Shown in pieces: positions 38,301 through 52,300 of a stretch of DNA of 64,000 bases. The notes under the pieces are model-generated. The model ran no database searches. It was not told where the DNA came from and saw nothing but the letters and a program-made list of their open reading frames with translations. The stretch's first letter is position 1, and every line of letters begins with the position of its first letter. Both the position numbers and the translations under genes were made by a program. The stretch is from positions 1,240,001 through 1,304,000 of the forward strand of contig CM030332.1 in assembly GCA_017654855.1 (NCBI GenBank). Reading direction: 5' to 3'. This DNA comes from Podospora anserina. Its lineage: Eukaryota.

Positions 38301-41300
38301 AACTCGAAGAATCCGCATGATAGCCGCCTGCCTGAGAACTATTGAGTTTGGGGCCCTCGGATCTATCTACTATCAGTGTGCGACTCGACCAGTTGGGATA
38401 AGGTTTCGAAAGTCAGAAAAGATGATGAACTCTCGCCCATCGCGCTTAAGCAGAGCCGCCATTGGCTGCAGAGGCGACTTTATGCAGCCATCACCACCAA
38501 CAGCCGCTGGTTAACGCGCCCACATTGTGGGAAAACGCGGGGAAAGGGCGAGGTTAGTATGGAAGGCATTGGATCCTTCAAGGGCTTCCCAGAGACTGAG
38601 ATATACGAAAAACGAAAATGAGATACACCTGGTCCTGAGATGATGTTCCACGCCGAAACCCATCGGGGCCTTCAGCTTGACCATGTTGTCATGACATGGC
38701 ATTGCGCTAATGCTGGGCGTTGTCCCGTCCCGCAACTAGCTCTGTCAGTTCGCCAATCAAGCCTTCCACTACAGGGTCCTCGACAGATAGACTTTCTACT
38801 TTTGGCTGTCACCCACCCCGGCAGATGCTCCATCACAGTCATGAAATGAAGCTATTATCTGACCCTGCTGGCAGTGCAATACAACTCAGCTTGTCTAAAA
38901 CTTGACAGTCTCTTTCTCTTATCGAGAAACCCGTGACGCGTCCTTCTCACGGAAACCCAGTGCCTGTCCAGCTTCGAAAAAGCAACGGGTCCCGTTCGGG
39001 GCAAGCTTGGGCCGCAGAGTTGCAGTTGATGTGAGAACTCTGCAGGCAAGCGCCCTCGCAGCATTGCTGGGAGCGAATCTTTGCTCCCATTGGTCACCGA
39101 CGGGCTGTCAACTGCAGCGGACCACACCACGAGTTCATTATGGAGGAGCAGACGACCGCACGCCTGTTCCAGGTTTCAGTCTCGGCCCTGAAATCCGAAG
39201 TTCCGGCCCCGGGCCTAAGGGACCAAGAACTCTCCGCCGTATCCCGCCATCAGCATTTTGCCCGGTTTTCGTCCCTGGTCATGCCACCGTGTGCTCGGCT
39301 TTCCATTTCGTCAGCTGTGCTGCATGCTGGCCGCCGGGCACACTTGATGAAATGTAGGTAACGCAAAAATCACCAACAAACTTTGTCAAGTACCGTCCCG
39401 CCCCGTGTGAAGCCGCCTCCACGGACCCGGTGCTTTGGAACGATGCAATAAGGATCACAACAGCTTGCAACGGATGCGGCCATGTCACTCGGGGAGCGAG
39501 TCGTCTATCGTCTTCTTGCGCCCGGCTGTGGTCATAAATTGACCCCACGCACCTTGGCAGCAGGAGTAGAAAACCCCCAATTGTTATCGGCCTAGGAAGG
39601 GACGGTGGAAGATGACATCCCCACTGGCTTCGCGTCGGCCCGTCTTTGGTGCTCTTGTCAGAATCGATGTATCAATGCGACATGGGGCCCATGGACAAAG
39701 ATTATCATCACGACCAAGTTGTTGATCCACACAACTGTTGGATAGGCCTATCGTGTCCAGTGCTTCGGACCCAGATGCAGACGGGGAAACCAGGGTTGAC
39801 ATCCGGCCTTCTCATGGACTGCGACTGGATACAGCTTGCCCATCGAGTTGATCTCCACACCGCCGCCCTTATCTGCTACCCCTCAGTTCGAATATTCGTC
39901 GCCTCGGGACATCACCATCCGTCAAGCACGGCAGTGTCGCTGACGGTGGCTGTTCGATTTTACCAAGTTGAAGGATGACCCTGTTGCACAACATTGGGAA
40001 TAGAGACCCAGCAGAAGCGAAGGCGCGTCACAGAGTGTTGTGGACGAAAGATGGCGAGCTCCTACCCGCAGTCGTGTAACGAAAGCTAGGTCCTCTTCGT
40101 CGTAGAGAGCGCTGCTCCGCGGTTCAAGATAAGCTTGTGCGACAAGGCTTGCTTGTGCAACTGTCATTCCACGTAACACACACACCCGGCTATCGAAAAG
40201 CCCTCAAGCCTTCTCGGGAGGATATTAAAGATCGGAATTGAGAAGATCAACCGCGTGTTGCGGTGACTCTAACATTTACAATTAGCCGGCCATGATTCAG
40301 TACATACACTGACCATGCAGCCAGTTGCACACGTCCTATCAGTCACCGAGGCTGAGGCCAGCGAGGGTTAGTACAAGTATCATGCAGCCCTGTCAAACCG
40401 GAGCCATAGAAAAGCTACAAAACTACAAAAAGTGGTCTTATTCACGCCGACTGATACCAGGCGGCAACCCAACATATTGAAGCGTCGTCGTCGCCACCCG
40501 TATGCTTGTTCAAGATGAGGTGGAGCTGAGTGGTATCGATATTTGAAATATGGCTATGGTCTTACAAAAACAGCAGTCCACATTGCCGAATCATTTGTCA
40601 GCCCCGCCAACCTTCAGCGTCTGAGTCCTCTATTCCTATTGGCCAGCCCCTCCAAGAATCGAACTTCCTTCTACAGAAGAAGGTCCGTGATTGGTCGGTT
40701 TCTCTCAGAGCAGCCCATGAACACCAAAGCTGGTTCACGTACTGGAACATGTGCGGTTCTCGTCCGGCTGTGATGCTTACCAGCGAGCTCAAAACCAGAA
40801 GCATGTCACTGTACTTGGCGGGCCCACTACACAGCCTTTATTCTTACCTCTCACTCACAGTTATGCCCCAATCTCTGTGGCCTGTCGAATTGCAGGGTCT
40901 CTCTTCGTCCCCGCTTGGTTCTCGGTTCTCTTTTCCTGACTTCCCAAGCCCAAGGTGTCGGACAAAGGAGGATTAAGCATGATCATTTTTGTTCTAACCA
41001 CCTACACTGCTGGAAAAGAAGCCTGCGGCGCTGTTTCTTTGACCATCATATGGGCGAGATCTTGGCACAAGACCAAGAGATTGTTCATTGGATTCAAGAA
41101 TCCCTTTGACTTCTTCACAATCCCCTCATTCTCTATGAAGAAACTATTTACATTCCCAGACATATACTGGAAATTACCGGCGGCGTAGTTGAACAGCGAG
41201 TGTTGTCGACCCTTGCCCCCCAGAAGCTGAAAGGCGGCACCGAGGTCAAGGACCCGAGATGGTCGGCGATGGGTTTGATCCTCACTGGGGTAGTGGAAGG

Positions 41301-44300
41301 CCCTCCCGCCGAGACGGAAACCAGACCATTCACTCTACTCGCCTCAATGCTCGGTGGCGCAACCCTAATCTTCCGCTCATCGATCATCAGAGCCCCCCTG
41401 GTGTCTCTGTTTTTGTGGCTAGACGTCGCGAGTCCCAAGGAGAGCCTGCCATTGCTTGGTAACCTCGGAGAGAGCCTCACAAGCAGGAGGCTAGCACCTG
41501 GTCATGTTTAACAAGCCACAGTTGGTTTGGAGTCAAATCGATTGCCGCGAATAGACATTCGTCTGCTGCTTTGGAATCGTGCTGGCGGCCGCGCCTTATG
41601 AGAGGGTTCCGTCCCTACTCCACTGCTGCTGCCCTATCAGATGGGCACAAGCACTTCGGTAGACGCCCTGCAAGGCAGTGGGTTCTCGGGCAGACATGGG
41701 GGCCGGAAGCATCACCATCTTCTCAGGGTTTTTCTTTTCGCCTTGGTGCGGTCATTTGCTCCGGAGCCGGTTCCCTCCAGCGTGGAACAACCAATTCGCG
41801 CTGCAGAGGCCCCTGCTGCCTGTCTTGCCGTGTGCTATACGGAGACAGAAAGCAGGACGATTGGATCACATTGCAGATGCAGTCATCAACAATTCAGAAG
41901 AAAGGGCATAGTCACCAGAGGACGCGTATGTAATCGTGGTCGGGAGGCTGGAGCCTTTCCCGTCACTGCGGATACATACGGAGGTGTTATCATTCTCTGG
42001 TCTGTCCACGTTCCGTCATGTCTGCGGCCTTCGGGCGGACATATCCAGAATGAACCGCCAGTGCCTGAGGAGCCTAAATCCTTCGAATATCAGCACGGGG
42101 CTGTAGTTGTCCTTGTGAGACCATACCTAATTCTGGAGGCCCCGATGTATCTGCATGCCCTCTCCACCATTGATCAAGCTGCTTGGGGGCCTGAATAATG
42201 GTTGTCGTCCATGGTGATCTTCTCGGTGTACATGAGTGTCCTATGAGACTTCTTCATGTGCATTACGGTCCCAATTTCCCCCTTTTAGCATCACCGTTGT
42301 CACGGCCAGCATCAATATCAACTCAATGCAGGCCCCTCTGCATCTATCATGCCGCCGTCCCAGTCGATACACACATAACCTATCTGGGATGTAACCCCGG
42401 GCCGGTTGTGGCCTCATGGCATCTTTCTTGGTTCCCTGACTCGCGGGCGATCGTCGAGGAAAGGGCCATCCAACCCTATCCGCAGTTTACCCGTCAAGAT
42501 CAAGATGAAACTCGCTACCGACTTGCTTCCTTGACCGTCCCTAGAGCTAGTCCATTCGCACTGTTCTCTCAGCGTGGACGGCCGGTTGATTCTGCAGCTT
42601 CACTCCGTCCAAACATCAAATAGCAAGTAAGAAACAGGTCAAGCCAGATAAACCCAAGATTTAGCGCCACGTTGTCGTCAACTGATGGATGATTAGAGTC
42701 ATGTGGTGGGGGCGTTGGAGAAGATGCTGTTGGTTCTCTGCCCGTTTTCATTTTCGGATAGAAAAACAAGCGCCCGCTCCACACCCTTCTGCTCCCAACA
42801 GGCGCACCCCCATCCCCCCCCGCCGAAGGAAACAAGAATCTCACTCGTCCCATGCGGCCCCGTTCGATGGGAAATGAAGCAGACTAAGCACCTTGATCCT
42901 CTGACTGCAGAAACTTAAGCGCGCCTAACAAGCTAAACAAGCATGTCTCCTGCATTAGAGCAGCCACAAGCCGCGGCAAGGGGAGGTCACATTACCAGTT
43001 ACTTGACTGTACCTTATACAGAGGCACGTACAGCAGAGAAAACCTGGGGGCCGGGGAATCTGACCTGTCGTGTGGGAGTGAGGGTCTGGGGAAAGACGGA
43101 GGTTCGGCGGAACTGTGAGCTGGGTGATTGGGAAGCAGCAACTGCCGCCTTTTGGAACCAGACTTCCAGGCGACAGTCAGGGGACTCATCATCGACAGGC
43201 AAGCAGCTCACTACTGAACTGAGGCTGCCAAAGGGAGGGTACCTATCCGCACACAACACAAGTTCGTCACAGCGATTATCAGGCAACCTCAACAACCACT
43301 TCGAATACTCACCACTCCTTTCCGGAGAGTTTTCCGCCTGACCGGTCGGGCTCGGGTCTATGATGGGAGGAGTCGGAAGGATAGACAGCGCCGGTAGGAT
43401 CATTTACCTCGCCTGTTGTACCAGACTCTGAAGTAGCTTGGTGGTAACGTCACGCGTGACCACTCAGTCATTGAACCCTTACAAAGCAGCCGTATCATTG
43501 ATACCATACCGTAATTACGACCACTCACCGGTCTGGCCCCTTAAATCCGGCCAGCCATGGTCCATCGAAATACGACTGACAGCACCGCATAGTAGAGGAT
43601 CAGCTGATCAGATGATCTTCATCATGTCGACCACAAAGCAACACCTGGACTGGCTGCAGATCGAGCTTATTACACTTCACTTTCAGACTGCTTGTGAAGG
43701 CAAGCATGCTGTCAAAGTCCACACAGTATGAACATTGTTCAACCGCAAATCTCACTATCGAGGAGCTACTAGGTATGCTACAACCTAGGACGAAAACCGA
43801 CATATCCTTCGAAGCAAGCCGAGACGAGTCGAAAGCGGGCTTTTTCTGCGGCCGCTTTCGACCATCCACAGGTTTATGTTTCAGCCCTAGGAGTTACCGA
43901 ACGGGCATGGCGTTGTCCCCTATCTGCAGCAAGTTTGTCATCATGTGAGTGGTTGACGGGGAATAAAGCGGTGATGATGAACAACTGGTGGTATCGGCAC
44001 CCGCGGGTGACCGTTGAGCTGCCTCTCCAGCAAGTCGACGATGTGACCGGCGCCCAACAACTACTACACTTTTTACTCTGTTGCAAAAACTGTAGCTTCC
44101 AACATCATCCACTCTCTAGTCTCGAATATACGATTCGACGAACCATTGCAGCTCGATAGTGCTTACCTACAAGAGTTCAACAGACATGGGTATACGTACT
44201 CTTCCCTCTTGTCAGACTAACAAAATGGAACTGTGCATATCTACGGTAACCTCATGGTACGACAATGGAGAGGCATGAACTCACCAATTTGATATTCAAT

Positions 44301-46796
44301 CCCTGAAAAAACAAACGGGGAACTTTTCGAGGGTTATCTCCCTTTTCGACTTCATTAGCTTCTCTCCTGTTCCTGTCTATGGGTAGACTGATGATACCTT
44401 ACACTAACCGCCTCGCCAACAACAACGCCCTCACATATCCCGCTCACAGGGTAGCTAGCTGCCGCTGTATTATTCGCTGATCGGTCCTTTTGTTCCTGGC
44501 ACTTTTGTTATTTACACACTTAAGCCCATTCCGGTAGTATAGTATGATATGACTGCACAAGAGACAGGGTAATGCAGGGCTAAGTGGGTAAGGTACATGT
44601 ATACCCATGTCCAATAGCGACCCTCAAAATCACATTTGTTGATGTCTGCCGGGCTACCTAGCGAGAAAAGCACCTTACATACATGAAGCATGTGGACATC
44701 AACAACATCAACTGCCTCTTCGTGCCGTGAGCCGGCGGTAAGACCAAACGAAAATGCATGCAACGTGGGGTCGCCAGACAACAACAACAACATCTTCCAG
44801 AGACAATTTTCGTGTTCTAGAAGCGGCACGGGAGAGAGAACACACAAGAAAACGCCTGCGAGGGTGTGGCGTAGCACTTTTTCTCTCTCCCTCCCTCTCC
44901 CCTTTTCACCACTGCTCACTTACACTACATATGCACACTAAAACAGTTTTAGCTCTAGCTCTCGATAACCGCCCGGCGGCACCCCCAGCGCCGCCGCAAC
45001 GGTCATTGCCGAAAGAGAGGAGGTTCTTTTTCTCACCCACGCAAAATACCTAGTGCTGGCATTGTACCTGCTTGCTTTAACCCCAAAAGCAGATCGACCA
45101 GTTAGATTTCTTGCTCTGAAAAGAGATATATTCCATCAGAGGTTAACATCCTGTCTTGGCGCTTAAACACAGCAGCGTTGTCATTGCAGCATCTTGGGGG
45201 CGGCACGCCATACGAACACAAGATCTCTACATGATGAAAAGGTGACGACGGCTTGGAGCGCACAAGGCTTGATTCCATTCGAAACAAGTATGATATCCTG
45301 TTACCCGGGAATAAACAAACACATTCACAATAAGCTAGCTCATCCCCCCCCAACGTCTGCCATGCGCCCTCCCGTCTCTTGTTAGCTCAAGTAGCTCACC
45401 GGCCTTCACCGCGGTGGGCTACCAACCTTGTTAGTTCACCCTTCCAGAATCCTCCCTATCTTGGATTTGGGGCGGCGGCGAGGTCGCCACGCGAGAAGCG
45501 GCGCTGTTGAGACACTTGAGCGGAGACATGGGATGAACAACAAGGGCAGGCAGGCGGGCGGTGGTTGTTGGCGGTCTTGTCCGTCCATTCTGTCTGGTTA
45601 AAGTGTACGAAGCTTGAATTGCGCGGCCTGGCGCAGTGAGGTAGGTGGTGGTGGTGGTGGCCTGTATCATGAGGCAGATTTTCAGGGTTGCAAATTTACC
45701 TTACCGAGAGGTCAGTGTGTGGCTGTGTGTGTGTTCATGATAACTACCTTACCACCGCCTGCCGAGATGGATCAATCTACGTTATCGGGTAGCAAGCAAT
45801 TACGAGCGCGGTTCAGCCCCTCAGAGATAGCAACAAACCACTCTCAAGTCTGAAAAGGGAAACAAGAAGCAAAAGAGGATCAAAATAGTGAAATTGACTT
45901 GTTGTGATCCAATCATGCAATCTTCCCTCATCAAAGCAAACTGATAAAAATGGAAAGGGAGGGAATGGGCAGTGAACGTTTTGTAATAAGGAGGAAAATA
46001 ATAGAAGAGCGGGCGATCTAAAATGAGATTGGTAGGGGAACGGCAGTTTTAGAAGTATGCCTCCAAACCACCTCCGCCAATCCTTCGACTTCCCCCTGAG
46101 GCAAGACCTGGGGAAGAAAGGGGCTGGAGGTATCACTGCTATCCAGTCATGGAGAACTGAGACATGACCGAGCCGAGAGCTGAGTCTCAGGCGGGAGCGG
46201 CCCTGCTGTGACACATGAGGCTGTCTGGCATGTGCTTGAACGAGACCTGGAAACCTGGAAAGGTGCTCCTAGAATGGGCTCTTGAATGCAGTCATATAAG
46301 CCTTGCTCACAACAAACACACCGGCGGTCTTGCTATGAGTAGGTGCTGTATCATTCTTCTCGTGCTCCGCTTGTGCAACTGGCTCTGATATGATGAATTC
46401 ACGCCAATCCTTCTCGCTTCGAACAACCCTCTACAGGTTACTCCTTTCCATCTTTCAAACTTGAACCCGTGCTTTTCTTTTCCGACCATAACCAAAACCC
46501 AATGTTATAACACTACCTGCCTGACCACCTGACCAGATCCCAACCAGAAAATTACCCATTTCATTACTATGTGCGCCAAAATATAGTGGTGGGGTATTTC
46601 ATAAAAAATAATAACCACAGAAGCGCAGAGGTTTTGAAAAGAAAACAAAAAAACATGTACTTCGTTCAAAGAAACAATCTGCCCAAAAAAGATGTCAAAA
46701 GTGACGGCAAAACCAACCATGCTGTGCGCTTGCTTTCGCAAGCTAGGTATTTCTTACAACAACTGACGATGTGTCGGTCTTCCCATGAGCGGCACA

Positions 46797-49397
46797 CTAA
46801 TTAGCATCGATGGGAGGGACAAAAGTGTAGTTGAAGTCGATCAAGCCGTCCAGCATCCAGTGCTGTGGATCCCAGACATCATAGGTGGTGGTGGCGTTGC
46901 CATAGGGCAAACCGTCCAGCATGGCACCGCCACCACCGAGGGCGGAACCGCCTGCGCTGGGCGTGAGGGCGCCGTTCGACGTTGCGATTCCCAAGTTTGC
47001 GGGGATGCTGTGCGGTGGAGGAGCTAAAGTGGTGTCGAGATGAGTCGAAGAGGCTGATGATTCATTAGCTGAATCAGGATGCGTAGGCTGCTTGAGAGCT
47101 ACCAAGGACATTTAGCTTGGAGCGATTCGGTAGGGGAGGGAGGAAAAGAAAGAGCAGGCAAAAGAAAAGCATCAAAACTTACCATCGAGCGTACCCCGAC
47201 CTCTTGCTTGGTACTCTTCTCGCCAATGCCAAATCGAGTCAAATACCAAGCTCATACTATGGCGGCACCGGACTTTTAGCTGCAAGCTGTCGTCGATCTC
47301 TGGGTTATCGTTGGCCTGGAATGAGGGGCTGATGGCGTCGATACGAGCGCCGTTCCAAATCTGCACCATCAGTTCGGCTAACCGCCAGTTCAAGTCGTTT
47401 TGAATCACGCTGGTGGTTCTGATGGCTCGAATGGCGCCGTGGAACAGGTTTCTGCCCCGCTCAAAGTCGATCTGTTTAGCGAAGAAGGATCGCATAAGTT
47501 TGAGCAAAGCGAACCCGGCTGCGACCAGCATTTGCTGAATGTAGTTGGTAGCATACTGAAGGAAATAGGAGTCGCGGACTTGGTACCGATACTCTTGGGG
47601 ACATTGCGACTGCGATTGCGAATCGCCCTCCAGAATGTAGTCAAGATAGCTGGTGGTGGCCCGCCAAAGAGCCATCAGGTCGTCCAGGTACGCGGGTGTT
47701 TTACTGGAGTCAAAGAAGCCAGCCAGGCGGAGATGAAGACCTGCTGCCCGCAAGTGAAGATTAATGATGGGTGAGAGGTTCTGTGACAGAATGGAAGCCT
47801 GGAGCTCGTTGAACTCGCGACGATACACACGCATCAACATGGCGCGGTGTTCGTCGCCCGCGACACCTCTGGGGTCGCTGGCATTGCTATACATCTCTTT
47901 GGATACCTTGTCGCAGAAGCGTTCTATTTGCAGCCTTGCCTCCAGCTCGGGCCCCAAAGAGAAAAGTCCTGATTCGCCGCCGCGAACAGCCAACGTCCAG
48001 TCGTACAGCGTTGAAGCCGGCTGACCATACCCTGTACCAATCGTCTGTGCAACAATATTGCACACTGCCCAAGTCTTGATACGGTCGTGCAGGCCATCAT
48101 TGTTGAGTTCGACGGCGACTCGAGAAAAGTCGTTGATGTGGTTGGGCCGGTGCAGTCCGATGCCGGTGGCAATCTTCATCAGCACCCCGCAAAGGATGTG
48201 CGTGGGGTCGGATGATGTAGTGCTGGTAGGCAACGGCCATGTGCAGAGCAGACATAACGCCTTGACAACGTAGTAGCTCTGTGGAACCTCTCCGATGGTT
48301 GTCCAGAGATATCTTGTCAGGGGACCCGAGAGTTTGGTGAGGATGGTGGGATCGGGCAGAAACCTCCTGCTCGCAACCGCAACGATGGACCAATACAGTA
48401 ACGGGTGCTGTTGATAGTATTGGTCTGGTGTCTGGTTTGGATTCAGAAATGGTAAGAATGGATGATAGCAGTTGAAGAACTGGCTGAACAGCAGACTTTC
48501 ATGTTCTTCTGTGATTCGAAAGTCGTCAAGCTCGCGGGCAATGCGAGGTATCGTATAGGAGCCGCCCCTTTTGAGATGGAGCAAGGATGACACAGCTTCG
48601 TCAGAACCCATCAGGGACGGATTGCGGGTATGCGTATACTGGCTGGCGACGACGGGGGACTGCAGCTGCGAGTGGATAGCCTCATCATCTTCCTCAACCG
48701 TAAAGCCCTGGGCCTTAGCCGCCTGCACGGCACGACGTAGCTTATCGATCTCCTTCTCCATCTCGGCATGCTTCGACCTTTTGCCAATGCGTTTGAAGTT
48801 GGACTCGATCTTGCACTCGAGTTTGAGGCGGTTGCACCTGGAGCAGCCTTGAAAGGGATCCTGGACGACATCGCAGCGCAGCTGGACGGGGGAGAATACG
48901 GATACAGAGGTTAGTCGAGAACGAACAGCAAACTACTACTAGACACAAAACGCCAAACAGATGACGGGAGGGTGCGCTCCGGAGACCGGGCCGGAGAACG
49001 GAGACGGCCGGCCGGCAGCCAGAGTATAATCTAGGGGCATATAGACAAGTGGACTCGGGGCCAGACTCGGCACCGGGTCCGGGTTGACGGTTGGATGTGG
49101 ATGGGATGATGACTCAGAAGACCCTGGGCCTGGGGATGAAAGTAAGCGAGATGCTGTTCTCACCTTCTGCTGGCGGCACTCATTACAGGCACGCTTGACA
49201 CCGGGTAGGCGGCGGCCCTTGGCCTCGGGGGAGGCATCACCACGCTCGGTGACATGGTGGTCGTCGTCTTGGTCGTCGTGGTCGTTGTCCAGCAGACTAG
49301 CTGGGCTGCTGTCGATGATGCTCCGTTTCCGCTTGTGAGGACCAGCGCCGTTCGCGCCATGGCTCCGCATGCCAGCCGCAAACTCGGGGCTTTCCAT
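46797..49397 (-). CDS. leuB: Zn(II)2Cys6 transcription factor, LeuB/Leu3-like; exons 49397-49164, 48881-47183 and 47098-46797
   Basis: Spliced zinc cluster KRACNECRQQK|LRCDVVQDPFQGCSRCNRLKLECKIESNFKRIGKR resembles the Leu3/LeuB family. Fungal TF middle homology region (FFNCYHPFLPFL, ATGIGLHRP) and an acidic-aromatic C-terminus. Introns 49163-48882 and 47182-47099 have canonical sites. Confidence 0.85.
49073..49116. promoter_or_regulatory. Candidate intronic Leu3-type site (CCGGGTCCGG, 49073-49082) and Gcn4/CPC-1 site (TGACTCA, 49110-49116)
   Basis: Exact matches to CCGGNNCCGG and TGACTCA, with a 27-bp gap between them, in intron 1 of the leuB-like gene. Confidence 0.45.
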
Positions 49398-52300
49398 GCT
49401 GCCGGCAGATCAGGTCTGGTCGATGTCGGCCCAATCCAACTTCACTTAAGGCGACCCAAGGCCTCGATAGCAAGTAGCAAGGCAGGCAGTGGTGTTCCGG
49501 GTGGTCTCGGGTGGTGGTGGGGGGGGGGGCCAATGTCGGTGTAATCAGGCGATCAGACGTGTGTGGGCTCGTGGGCTCCCAATCGGCCGTGACGGAACGG
49601 GACGTATCCAGATAGGCTGATGGCCGCGGCAAGTAACAAGACTACGTATACGGGCAGACGGGTGGTCTAGGTGGTCCGGTCTCGCGCGTTGCGATGTGCG
49701 AGTTCTGGAGGTGAAAAAGCCGATTTACGGAAGGCTGGTCAGTCTTTGGCCGCCAAACCTTTCCTTGTATGGGCGGGGACTCAACGAGCGGGGGGAGCTT
49801 CAGCACAGATTTTCAAAAAGTGCGGGGATTGATCTGAACATCTGATTGGCCGCCAGCTGGCCTCATCTCGACAACAGGATGACTCGGTTGCTCCCCTCCA
49901 CGTGTGCAGCAATGGGCCCTGCATGTCGCCATGTCAATCACTCCAAGAGTCGTTCTCGTCGTTGACATTTAATCTGTGGTGCGTATCACTGCCCATCTCA
50001 GACAACACATTCCTGGCACACGGCTACCCAGAGAAACACAGCAGTCGTCAACGACATTGGTGGGACAAGAAGGCCATTGTGCCTCCACGCCGAGTCTTTG
50101 CCAAGGATCCCTCCTGCATCAGGTCACTTGCCCAATCCAAGTCAATCCATGTTCTAGGTGGTGATGATGTTGGGATAGGGTGGTTTGGTTCACAACCCTA
50201 ACCCTGATTGATATCAATGTCTTCCCGTCCACCTTTTGTAACGCCACCTAGATTTACCTGCAGTGACAATAGAACATAGACATAGAGAGAGAGAGAGAGA
50301 GCTGACTGGATTGCCAGGGGTTCATATGAGATCTTTGGCTTCGGACTTCAACCTCCCCGCAAGGCTGAAGTGGGTATCCATTAGCTTCGTTTCTTTTCCT
50401 ACTCTTCCCGAACAGGAAGCTATTCAATCGTCTTATACAATTAGCGGCCGGTGACGGCGATCGTTAGCCATGGCGCAATTGCTCTGTGGATTACCGCTCT
50501 TCCGTCACCCAAAACCGTCTTGACGTTGGGCGCGTTGCGCCTTATCAACAGCCCTTTCGTCGAAATAGCTATCATGTTCACGTTTGGCAAAACTCAAAGG
50601 CATCATGGCAATTAATTTCCGAGGACTTCTGAATTCAGCAGGCAATCTTTCACCACGTCGCGCATATCCAAGTGGTCTGCTCGTACGGAGATCAGTTAAT
50701 TACTGCGGCCGCCTTCTTGTTTCCATCAAGATATATCCTTTTTGGGCACTCTGGTGGAGGCCTGATATCCAGGAGCAATGGTTTTATTCTACTTTTCTCG
50801 TCACCGCCACCCTTCGCACTATCTTGAAGACCCTTCAGGCTGCCTGGTTGGACTGCAGTGGTCTGCACACAGGAACTTATTACTTCCAGTATCCGTAACG
50901 TCTCGGCTGCTATGCTAACAAGGTTCGTCACAAGTTCCTCGCCGATCTCCCCGACCGGTCAAAGCCGTTGATCTGTGAGGGGGGCAGCAGTCGACCATCC
51001 TGGAGTTTGGTACCCGAAATAATACCTGGCACAGTTTGATGGTGCTCCCCTCCGCCGCACTTGGTTCTCGCGGCTACCATCTTTCATCGCCTTGTACCCC
51101 TGGTTCGACGAGTGATATTTGAAACAGCTACGAGCTTGGGGTCTCGTGAAGGTGGCCGAGTGATGGTGCTGAGAACAACCACGTCGCAATTTCACAGCAC
51201 ATCAGCACTGTGTTCCCTGTGTTGTATCTGCACAGTATGGCAAAGTTCCAAAAATGACTTTTGCGTCTGGGTTCCTCGAGGCTGGAAGATGGGCGTCCTC
51301 GCCCCATCATTCACCCTGATCACTAATAGCGGCCCGGAGACTTTTCCTGTTCCATGTTGATCTCCTGTTGCTGCTGTCCAATAGTCCATGGCTATGGGCC
51401 AGAGCCATGGAGGAGGGTTGCCGACGTGGAGATGAATTCCGCCGCCCAGGCGGAGATGATAGACAACCAAGACGCAGCCCTAGGAGATGAGATCACGGTC
51501 TGGCCCCTTGATGCATGTAGCATGCTCTGGCTTGCAGGAACGGCTGACGAATCGGTTCGATACAGAGGGTGTGGTGCCATGAGTCGAAGATTGTATGGGG
51601 TTGTGGTGTGCTTGCTTGTCTGTTACTTGTCTGTAATTTCAAGTGCTATGCGTATCCGTGATCAGGTGGGAGATGTACCAGTACTGGTACCGGTACAACA
51701 ACAGCAAACCCACGTGTGCTGTTGGTTGATGTTCTGGGCCAACATGCATATTTCTGCAGATCGGCTGTTGGTTCTCCCTCCGGAAGCCATTGGCGGCTAT
51801 CGAGACACGCCGAGACGCGAGAAGGATTGGTGATTAAACAAAGAATCTGTCGAGAATGCTATTTCGCTCGCTGCAACTGGCCGGATCTGGCGATGCTCCG
51901 GGGGTGGCTGCAGACCTACCGTGGGGAGGGAGGCGAGGACATATCACCGCCACGTCTTCCCGCATGTAGGGCAGACACAGGTGATTTGACGCGTTTGTTT
52001 GAAAAGAAGACTATGAGGCCGTGGTTGTTGCGTTGATTCGTGGATCGAAGGCACATTGCTGCCTGATAAGCTGCCTTTTATTTCAGCTCACCGTAACAAC
52101 CTTTTACGGTAGTCTGGGGCCAATTGTTTCGAATAATGCCGAAGAACGACGACCGCTGGCGGCCGCCACGGCAGAATACATCGAAATGAATCCTGTACAA
52201 GGGTGGTTGATACCTTCGTCACTGTCATGGCTACAGCATGGTCATGTCCTGTCCTTGCTGGTGCGTTTTACAGCCCACGCCCTGGACAAAAGAATTACTG

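Noticed and set aside
42196-42200. TAATG stop-start overlap between ORFs 41641-42198 and 42198-42623 (VVHGDL, kinase-like word)
   Set aside because: Neither ORF shows further kinase motifs or recognisable similarity; likely chance.
46743-46799. UAG stop of leuB followed by 17 codons to another UAG
   Set aside because: Short extension with no motif; the length is expected by chance.
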